This document shows positions 17,493 to 24,820 of a DNA stretch of 64,000 bases, one piece after another (the stretch's first letter is position 1; each line of letters opens with the position of its first letter). The position numbers and the translations under genes were made by a program. This DNA is from Paratractidigestivibacter sp. GTDB taxonomy: Bacteria; Bacteroidota; Bacteroidia; Bacteroidales; Bacteroidaceae. The notes beneath the pieces were generated by a model. That model did no database searches. It was not told the DNA's origin and saw only the letters and a program-made list of their open reading frames with translations. Where the stretch lies: NCBI GenBank assembly GCA_963656095.1, contig CAVKHS010000004.1, positions 4,931 through 68,930 of the forward strand. Reading direction: 5' to 3'.

Positions 17493-20400
17493 ATGGAAGA
17501 TTTCGTTCATTTGCACGTACATACACATTATTCTATTCTTGACGGTCAGTCTAAGGTGCCTCACCTGGTCGACAAGGCCATCAAGGACGGCATGAGGGGC
17601 ATGGCCATCACCGACCACGGCGTGATGTATGGCATCAAGGAGTTCTCGGACTATTGTGCCGGTGTCAACAAGCAACGCAAGGCCGACGGACTGGAGCCTT
17701 TCAAGCCCATTTTTGGTTGTGAGATGTATGTGGCGCACCATCACAAGGAGGACAAAAACAAGGATGCCGGTGACAAGTCGGGCTATCACCTCATTGTGTT
17801 GGCAAAGAACTACCACGGATATAAGAATCTTATCAAGCTCGTCAGTCGCGCCTGGACCGACGGATACTATTATCGGCCGCGTACCGACCGCTATGACTTG
17901 GAGAAATATCACGAGGATCTGATTGTCTGTTCGGCGTGTATTGCCGGCGAGGTGCCTGCCAAGATTCTCAAAGGCGACATCGAGGGTGCCAAGGAAGCTG
18001 CCCGCTGGTATCACCGTGTCTTCGGTGACGACTACTATCTCGAGCTGCAGCGCCATGAGGTCAAAGACCCAAATATCCGTGCCAACCGCGATACCTTCCC
18101 CTTGCAGCAGCGCGCCAATGCCGTGCTGATGAAGATTGCTAAGGAAGAAGGCATCAAGCTCGTGTGCACCAACGACTGCCACTTCGAGGACAAAGACACT
18201 GCCGAGGCCCACGACCACCTACTCTGTCTGGCTACAGGCAAGGATCTTGATGATCCCACGCGTATGCTCTATACCAAACAGGAGTGGTTCAAGACCCAGC
18301 AGGAGATGAACGACATCTTCAGCGATGTACCCGAGGCTTTGCGCAACACGCAGGAAGTTCTTGATAAGGTAGAGATCTACAGCATCGATCACGGACCTAT
18401 CATGCCATTCTTCCCCATTCCTGAGAGTTTTGGTACGGAGGAGGAATGGCACAAGAAATTTACGGAAGAACAGCTCTTCAAGGAATTTACCACCGATGAG
18501 TACGGTGAGAACCCGTTGCCTCCCGACAAGGCGCAGGCTGTCATCGACCGCCTCGGTGGCTATGACAAGATCTACCGCATCAAGTTCGAGGCCGACTATT
18601 TGGCCAAGCTCGCCTACGATGGAGCGAAGAGGCGCTACGGCGATCCGCTGCCTGACAACGTCAAGGAGCATATCAATTTCGAGTTGCACGTGATGAAGAC
18701 GATGGGTTTCCCCGGTTACTTCCTCATTGTGCAGGACTTCATCAATTCCGCCCGCAACGAGCTCGGCGTGTGGGTGGGACCGGGTCGTGGCTCCGCCGCT
18801 GGTTCTGTGGTAGCCTATTGTTTGGGTATCACGAAGATAGATCCATTGAAATACGACCTGCTGTTTGAGCGTTTCCTCAACCCTGACCGTGTCAATCTCC
18901 CGGATATTGATACTGACTTCGACGACGACGGACGTGGTAAAGTGCTCCGATGGGTCATGGATAAATACGGTCATGAGAACTGTGCCCACATCATCACCTA
19001 TGGCAGCATGGCCACGAAGAACTCCCTTGCTGACGTGGCGCGTGTGGAGAAACTGCCGTTGGAGAAGGCCAACGCATTGAAGAAAGCCATCCCCGACCGT
19101 CTGCCCGACGGCATGAAGATGAACTTGGGAAATGCCATCAAATGCACGCCGGAGTTACGCGAGGCGATGGCCTCACCCGATCCCCGTGAGCGCAATACCA
19201 TCAAATATGCCCGTCAGCTCGAGGGCACCATCCGAGGCACAGGCCTTCACGCCTGCGGTTTCATCATCTGCCGGGACCCGATCAGCGACTGGGTTCCTGT
19301 GTCCACGGCCGACGACCCCGACTTCCCGGGACTGAAATGTGCCGTCACGCAATACGACGGACACGTCATCGAGTCCACCGGACTGATCAAGATGGACTTC
19401 CTCGGACTGAAGACGCTCTCAGAGTTGAAGGAGGCCTGCAAGGTCATCAAGCAGACAACAGGCGACGTCATCGACCTCGACAACATCCCCATTGACGATG
19501 ATCTCACCTATAAACTCTATCAGCAGGGCCGTACCATCGGTACTTTCCAGTTTGAGTCGCCTGGCATGCAGAAATACCTGCGTGAGCTGAAGCCGACCGT
19601 CTTTGAGGACTTGATCGCTATGAATGCCCTCTACCGACCGGGACCTATGGACTACATTCCCTCGTTCATTGCCCGTAAGAACGGTCAGGAGCCGATCACC
19701 TACGACATTCCTTGCATGGAGAAATACCTCAAGGACACCTATGGTATCACCGTCTATCAGGAGCAGGTGATGCTTCTCTCGCGTCAGCTGGCCAACTTCA
19801 CGCGTGGACAGAGCGATGCCCTACGTAAGGCCATGGGTAAGAAAAAGAAGAAGATCGTCGACCAGATGAAGCCGCTCTTCCTCGAAGGGGGGCAGAAGAA
19901 TGGCCACGACCCGAAAGTACTTGAAAAGATATGGTCCGACTGGAAGAAGTTTGCTTCCTACGCCTTCAACAAATCTCACGCTACCTGCTACTCGTGGGTG
20001 GCCTACCAGACCGCTTATCTTAAGGCCCACTACCCGGCAGAGTACATGGCTGCTTTGATGACACGCCGCCATAGCGACATCGGTGAGATCACCAAGCTCA
20101 TGGAGGAATGCAAGTCGATGAACATCCCGACGCTGGGCCCTGATGTCAATGAGAGCTATGTGCAGTTTGGTGTGAACAAAAATGGTGAGATCCGCTTCGG
20201 TCTTTCTGCCATCAAGGGCATGGGTGCCACCGCGGCAGCTGCCATCGTCAAGGAACGGGAAGCCAACGGACCTTATAAGGATATCTACGACTTTGCCGAG
20301 CGTGTCAGCCTGAAGGATGTTAACCGCAAGGCTTTTGAGAGTCTGGCACTGAGCGGTGGTTTCGACTGCTTTGGCAATCAGCGTGAGCAGTATTTGGCGC

Positions 20401-21212
20401 CGAACAGCAAAGGCGAGGTCTTCCTCGATCTCATCGTGCGCTTCGGTCAGCAATATCAAGAGGACAAGAGTCAGGCTGCCAACTCGCTCTTCGGTGCGAT
20501 GGCCAGCGACATTGCCGTGGCTACACCGCCGTTGCCCAAGGCTGAGCCGTGGAGTTCCATCGAGCGCTTGGGCAAGGAGAAGGAGCTCGTCGGCATCTAT
20601 CTCAGCGCCCATCCGTTAGATGAGTATGCCATCGTGCTGCGCCATCTGTGCAACACCAGCTGTGCCGAGGTCGGTGACCGCGACAACCGGGAGGAACTCT
20701 CACAGCGTGGTGAGTTGACCTTCGGCGGTATGGTCACCAAGGTCACCACGCGCTACAACAAGCGGGGCGAGCCTTTCGGCATTGTCACCATTGAGGATTT
20801 TGAAGGTCCGGGCGAGTTGGCACTCTTCGGCGACGACTGGGCACGCTGGCAAGGATGGTTCAAGGAAGGTTCGCCGGTGTATGTCATTGCCAAGTGCTTC
20901 AAGCGTTTCCCGACGAGCCAGTACTATAGTTTCAACGTGATGAGCGTGGAGTTCCTCGCCAAAGTCAAGGACACGCGTATCAACCGGCTGACGATCTCGG
21001 TCAAGAGCAAGTCGCTCGACGAGTCAACGGTCAGTGACCTGCTCTCACTAATCGATGAAAAACCGGGCAAGACCGAGCTCTGCTTCAATGTCGACGATGA
21101 GGAAACGGGTACCAAACTGCTCCTCCGTGCCACAACCAAACGCGTGGAGGTGGGCAAGCAACTCGTGGAGTACGTCGACGGGAGACAGGACATGACGCTG
21201 TTCCTCAACTGA
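17493..21212 (+). CDS. dnaE: DNA polymerase III subunit alpha
   Basis: PHP domain FVHLHVHTHYSILDGQS, polymerase core and OB fold; ~1239 aa. The track start at 17490 is TTG, and the first ATG is at 17493. Confidence 0.96.
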   Translation: MEDFVHLHVHTHYSILDGQSKVPHLVDKAIKDGMRGMAITDHGVMYGIKEFSDYCAGVNKQRKADGLEPFKPIFGCEMYVAHHHKEDKNKDAGDKSGYHLIVLAKNYHGYKNLIKLVSRAWTDGYYYRPRTDRYDLEKYHEDLIVCSACIAGEVPAKILKGDIEGAKEAARWYHRVFGDDYYLELQRHEVKDPNIRANRDTFPLQQRANAVLMKIAKEEGIKLVCTNDCHFEDKDTAEAHDHLLCLATGKDLDDPTRMLYTKQEWFKTQQEMNDIFSDVPEALRNTQEVLDKVEIYSIDHGPIMPFFPIPESFGTEEEWHKKFTEEQLFKEFTTDEYGENPLPPDKAQAVIDRLGGYDKIYRIKFEADYLAKLAYDGAKRRYGDPLPDNVKEHINFELHVMKTMGFPGYFLIVQDFINSARNELGVWVGPGRGSAAGSVVAYCLGITKIDPLKYDLLFERFLNPDRVNLPDIDTDFDDDGRGKVLRWVMDKYGHENCAHIITYGSMATKNSLADVARVEKLPLEKANALKKAIPDRLPDGMKMNLGNAIKCTPELREAMASPDPRERNTIKYARQLEGTIRGTGLHACGFIICRDPISDWVPVSTADDPDFPGLKCAVTQYDGHVIESTGLIKMDFLGLKTLSELKEACKVIKQTTGDVIDLDNIPIDDDLTYKLYQQGRTIGTFQFESPGMQKYLRELKPTVFEDLIAMNALYRPGPMDYIPSFIARKNGQEPITYDIPCMEKYLKDTYGITVYQEQVMLLSRQLANFTRGQSDALRKAMGKKKKKIVDQMKPLFLEGGQKNGHDPKVLEKIWSDWKKFASYAFNKSHATCYSWVAYQTAYLKAHYPAEYMAALMTRRHSDIGEITKLMEECKSMNIPTLGPDVNESYVQFGVNKNGEIRFGLSAIKGMGATAAAAIVKEREANGPYKDIYDFAERVSLKDVNRKAFESLALSGGFDCFGNQREQYLAPNSKGEVFLDLIVRFGQQYQEDKSQAANSLFGAMASDIAVATPPLPKAEPWSSIERLGKEKELVGIYLSAHPLDEYAIVLRHLCNTSCAEVGDRDNREELSQRGELTFGGMVTKVTTRYNKRGEPFGIVTIEDFEGPGELALFGDDWARWQGWFKEGSPVYVIAKCFKRFPTSQYYSFNVMSVEFLAKVKDTRINRLTISVKSKSLDESTVSDLLSLIDEKPGKTELCFNVDDEETGTKLLLRATTKRVEVGKQLVEYVDGRQDMTLFLN

Positions 21213-21359
21213 GGAATGTATAATGTAGAGTGTATAGATAATAATGTATAAATGTTACCGCATACCTTTATATATACATACCGTGTAACTTATCAATACA
21301 TGCGGCATACCTTATACATATATACGATATAAAGAAGAAAAAGACATAGATTTATCATT

Positions 21360-21773
21360 ATGGAGATAAAGATTCAATCACTGGACACGATCCGCGAGGC
21401 GGCTCGTGAGTTTATCAAAGCCATGGGCGAGCACACCGTGTTTGCCTTCTACGGTAAGATGGGAGCCGGCAAGACCACTTTCATCAAAGCCATCTGCGAA
21501 GAGTTGGGTGTAGAGGACGTCATCACCTCTCCGACATTTGCCATTGTCAACGAGTATCGTTCTTCTACGACCGACGAGCTCATCTACCATTTCGACTTCT
21601 ACCGCATCAAGAAATTGGAGGAAGTCTACGACATGGGTTATGAAGATTACTTCTATAGTGGTGCACTCTGCTTCCTGGAGTGGCCGGAGCTCATCGAGGA
21701 CATCTTGCCCGGAGATGCCGTAAAGGTCACGATCACTGAGCAGCCCGACGGGTCACGTCTCATCAGCTTCTAA
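21360..21773 (+). CDS. tsaE: tRNA t6A37 biosynthesis ATPase TsaE (YjeE family)
   Basis: Walker [23 protein letters not shown] and [10 protein letters not shown]; 137 aa. Confidence 0.88.
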   Translation: MEIKIQSLDTIREAAREFIKAMGEHTVFAFYGKMGAGKTTFIKAICEELGVEDVITSPTFAIVNEYRSSTTDELIYHFDFYRIKKLEEVYDMGYEDYFYSGALCFLEWPELIEDILPGDAVKVTITEQPDGSRLISF

Positions 21774-21938
21774 AGAGTCGCTATCATCGTTTCAAGTCCC
21801 ATTTCCGCTTTGGAAATCTGAAGATAAGGATGAAGATGCCTGGTCTCAGTCCATGGTCAGGACGGGGCCGAGACCTTGCTGTTTTTCAGTATCGGCTATC
21901 TTTCATTCGAAAAGTTTGGGATTCTCAACTTTATTATT

Positions 21939-21946
21939 TAATTTTG
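21939..21946 (+). promoter_or_regulatory. Candidate -7 promoter box for trxA
   Basis: TAATTTTG, 43 nt upstream of the ATG at 21989. Confidence 0.45.
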
Positions 21947-21988
21947 CAAACAAAAATTAATCACGTTACAAAATAGAAAGGTAAAGCA

Positions 21989-22309
21989 ATGGAAGTAGAA
22001 ATTACAACCAAGAATTTCGAGACTTATAAGAATGGCGAACTGCCATTGGTAGTTGATCTCTGGGCAACATGGTGCGGTCCCTGTCGCATGGTGGCTCCTA
22101 TCATCTCTGAGCTGGCGCAGGAGTACGACGGCAAGATCGTTGTCGGCAAGTGCGACGTTGAGGAGAACGACGACATCGCCATGGAGTTTGGCGTGCGCAA
22201 TATCCCTACCGTGCTGTTCTTCAAGGATGGTCAGCTCGTTGACAAGTTTGTCGGTGCTGCCTCTAAGGATAAGTTCGAGGAGAAATTCAAGGCACTGTTG
22301 GAGAAGTAA
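21989..22309 (+). CDS. trxA: Thioredoxin
   Basis: WATWCGPCRM active site; 106 aa. Confidence 0.95.
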   Translation: MEVEITTKNFETYKNGELPLVVDLWATWCGPCRMVAPIISELAQEYDGKIVVGKCDVEENDDIAMEFGVRNIPTVLFFKDGQLVDKFVGAASKDKFEEKFKALLEK

Positions 22310-22338
22310 GTGACTGCCAATAAGCCAAGAAAAGATAT

Positions 22339-22377
22339 AGAGGAGAGTAGCCTACCGGTTGCTTTCCTCTTTTTTTG
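22339..22377 (+). terminator. Rho-independent terminator after trxA
   Basis: agagga...tcctct forms the stem (plus inner pairs), followed by TTTTTTT (22371-22377). Confidence 0.55.
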
Positions 22378-22414
22378 TTTATCCGTGTATAGAGTTCGTG
22401 AGCATCTTTTGGGC

Positions 22415-22556
22415 TGTTAACGTTCTATCATCGATGGAATTAAGAATATACTCGAATATAAAGAATATTATTGATATCGTGTCGATCGTATAGAGAGTTA
22501 CATATTCATATTCTTTATATTCGTTGATCTTCTTTATTCCGCATAGCGGAGCGTCA
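22415..22556 (-). repeat. Copy of small dispersed repeat family R (MITE-like, ~105-140 bp)
   Basis: The reverse complement starts tttgacgctccgctatgcggaataaagaa and ends attccatcgatgatagaacgttaacag. It is collinear with 46669-46772 (gttaacgctccgctccgcggaataaagaa...cattccatcgaagatggagtgttcaac). The ends are imperfect inverted repeats (GTTRACGYTCC). Confidence 0.6.
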
Positions 22557-22588
22557 AACTCCAAGACAATGTATATTCGTGAAAGGGC

Positions 22589-22735
22589 TTACTCCGCATT
22601 CTTTTTGTACTTCGATGGCAGGTAGCCATAGAGATCCTTGAAGCAGCGGGAGAAGTAGCGCGTGGAAGAGAAGCCCACCATGTAGCCGATCTCCGAGATG
22701 CTCAACTGGCTTTGCACCAGGAGCTGAATAGTTAG
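22589..22735 (-). pseudogene. 3'-terminal fragment of an AraC-family HTH (e.g. hybrid two-component regulator) gene
   Basis: Minus strand reads ...QLLVQSQLSISEIGYMVGFSSTRYFSRCFKDLYGYLPSKYKKNAE*, the second helix-turn-helix of an AraC domain. There is no start codon, an in-frame stop lies ~8 codons upstream of the recognisable part, and nothing AraC-like follows. Confidence 0.7.
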
Positions 22736-22956
22736 AGGTTCCACTATTTATGCCATTCCCGGTTCCAATGGGGCTGAAGTATGGGTAGCCCCGGCCTGGC
22801 GAGAAACGGGCGCAGACCGGGGATGGGGGGAGTCTCTGTCTACTGCCAAGGTGAACTTGAAAGGTTACACGAGCATCTTATACGCTATGATCATGCTGGG
22901 AGCCAACGTGGAATTTTGTGGCAGAGTCTACTTTTCTCAGCGCGGCATATACATGT

Positions 22957-23362
22957 TTGTTTGTTGGATAAACTGACATTTTTCCGCCCTCGTGGCTGCG
23001 ATTTTCTGCACGAAGAAGTACTTTGCTCTGATTTTCGCGATTTTTAGGCGGTTTTTGGTAAGTTGTTGATATATAGATGATTATGGAGATTATGGTTTGC
23101 TGGTTGACAAAAAACGTACTTTGGCGATGTTTCTCATGCGTCGTAGTCCGGTCAAAGTACCTTTTTGTATGTGTCATCTCGCCTTTCTGACCTCATCAGA
23201 AAGGCGAGATGACCAGGTCAGAAAGGCCTTTTGATAGTATCAGGAAGCCTTTCTGATGACATGGTCTCAGAATTTTGAGACCTTTTCCACGATTTTTTCG
23301 TTTTTCTCCACTTCCGCGCTCTCCAGATTGAAAGCTGTCGGTGATGTGTTTTTGTTAATAAC
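22957..23362 (+). repeat. Copy B of the ~405-bp structured intergenic element (family S)
   Basis: 5' module: ttgttggataaactgaca, with gattttcgcgatttttaggcggttttt at offset ~74. Core: an 18-bp perfect hairpin at 23173-23213 (gtcatctcgcctttctga-cctca-tcagaaaggcgagatgac) plus a ~50-bp imperfect palindrome. 3' module: gctctccagat at offset ~362, then ggtgatg...tttttgttaa. Confidence 0.7.
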
Positions 23363-23429
23363 TTTTATTTGATGATTCTTACTCGCAGAAGATTTATTCA
23401 GCAATATTGCTCAGCTCCTCCTAAGTCCT

Positions 23430-23909
23430 TTACTGCGGATAAGCCATGTTTGCGTCTGTCATCTTCATGAGCACCTCGTCGAGGAACTTGCGGGCTTCCC
23501 AACGGGCCATCGGCAGGTCGTGGAGCAAGTAGTTGCCGCAGTCGCGCGGAGCGGCGCCGGGGACATCCCCTTCGAAATCGGCGATGAAGCGGAACGTGCG
23601 CTGCATGAGCGGCACGATGTCTTTCGGTTCGAGGTCACCACGGAGCAAGAGATAGTTGCCCGTCAGACAGCCCATCGGACCCCAGTAGATCACGCGGTCT
23701 TTCCACTCCTCGTCGTTTCTGAGGAACGTGGCGGCGAGATGCTCGATGGTGTGCAGGGCACCGGTGTGAACAACCGGCTCGCGGTTAGGTTCTTTCATGC
23801 GTATGTCGAAGGTGGTGACCATCTCGTTGCCCACCTCATCCTTGCGCGAGACATAGATGCCGCGCAGGAGTTTCTCGTGGTTGATGGTAAAGGATGGAAT
23901 CTTATTCAT
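23430..23909 (-). CDS. luxS: S-ribosylhomocysteine lyase
   Basis: Metal-binding HTIEHLAATFLRN and the conserved Cys in GPMGCLTG; 159 aa. It lies directly downstream of mtnN. Confidence 0.92.
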   Translation of the reverse strand: MNKIPSFTINHEKLLRGIYVSRKDEVGNEMVTTFDIRMKEPNREPVVHTGALHTIEHLAATFLRNDEEWKDRVIYWGPMGCLTGNYLLLRGDLEPKDIVPLMQRTFRFIADFEGDVPGAAPRDCGNYLLHDLPMARWEARKFLDEVLMKMTDANMAYPQ

Positions 23910-23924
23910 GTGTTCTGTATGTGT

Positions 23925-24644
23925 TTATGCTTTTGTGTTATCGTCGCTTTTTGCGAGTTTTTTGAGGAAGTCGCTCGTCATCTCGAAGCTGCCCTCGGCC
24001 ATGCGGTTCCAGAAATCGAAGTACTGCGATGCATTGGTGTCCTTGAGTGGCACGTCGCTGATGATGCGGAACGAGATGAACGGTGTCTTATAGATGAAGC
24101 ACGTCTGGGCGATGGCACAGCTCTCCATGTCGACTGCAGTGGCATTGGGGAAGTGCTCCATGATGGCCTGCATCTTCTCGCGCTTGTCGACAAACCAATC
24201 GCCGCTGACGGTGAGACCCTTGACGACCTTCGAGCCTTCAGCCATCTTGATGCTTAAGGCCGTCTCGACGAGGTCCTTAGGTGCCTTGAAACGGGTGGGC
24301 ATGCCCATGACCTGACCATAGGCGACGTCGTTGCCGCAGTAGACATCGTGGTAGACACACTCTGAGGCCACAACCACGTCGAGCGGGTTGAGAGCGACAT
24401 CGGCACCGCCGGCGCAGCCCGTGGAGATGACCAAGTCAGGCGCGTAGTTGTCGATCATCTCCACGGCGCCAATGGCTGCATTGACTTTGCCAATGCCACA
24501 CTGTTGCATGATGATCTCGGTCTGACCAATATATCCTCGGATGAAATCCTTGTGATGATGACGCTCGGTTTGCGTCTCGTCGAGCAATGTCTTGAGTTGC
24601 GTGAACTCCTTGTCCATTGCGACAATGATGCCAATCTTTTTCAC
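23925..24644 (-). CDS. mtnN: 5'-methylthioadenosine/S-adenosylhomocysteine nucleosidase
   Basis: KKIGIIVAMDKEF N-terminus, ISTGCAGG and AVDMES motifs. The start codon is GTG; the next in-frame ATG would remove the conserved N-terminus. Confidence 0.88.
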   Translation of the reverse strand: MKKIGIIVAMDKEFTQLKTLLDETQTERHHHKDFIRGYIGQTEIIMQQCGIGKVNAAIGAVEMIDNYAPDLVISTGCAGGADVALNPLDVVVASECVYHDVYCGNDVAYGQVMGMPTRFKAPKDLVETALSIKMAEGSKVVKGLTVSGDWFVDKREKMQAIMEHFPNATAVDMESCAIAQTCFIYKTPFISFRIISDVPLKDTNASQYFDFWNRMAEGSFEMTSDFLKKLAKSDDNTKA

Positions 24645-24707
24645 TTATCGATGATTTTTGTTAGTCTCTGTGCTCGCAAGTTCGTGGGCGAGTGCAGAAA
24701 TGTGATG

Positions 24708-24715
24708 CAAAGTTA
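24708..24715 (-). promoter_or_regulatory. Candidate -7 promoter box for mtnN-luxS
   Basis: Minus strand reads TAACTTTG, 64 nt upstream of the start at 24644. Confidence 0.45.
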
Positions 24716-24777
24716 CAAAAAAAAGGTATTATGGCGACTTTTAACGTCTGCTTTTTAACTATCAGCGAAAAAATATG

Positions 24778-24785
24778 TAACTTTG
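24778..24785 (+). promoter_or_regulatory. Candidate -7 promoter box for the YfhO-like gene
   Basis: TAACTTTG, 36 nt upstream of the ATG at 24821. Confidence 0.45.
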
Positions 24786-24820
24786 CCCATAGAATATAAA
24801 CGTTTATAGAATATTATGTT

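Noticed and set aside
23520-24257. 245-aa ORF spanning luxS and mtnN on the opposite strand
   Set aside because: It crosses the boundary of two well-supported genes, making it a shadow ORF.
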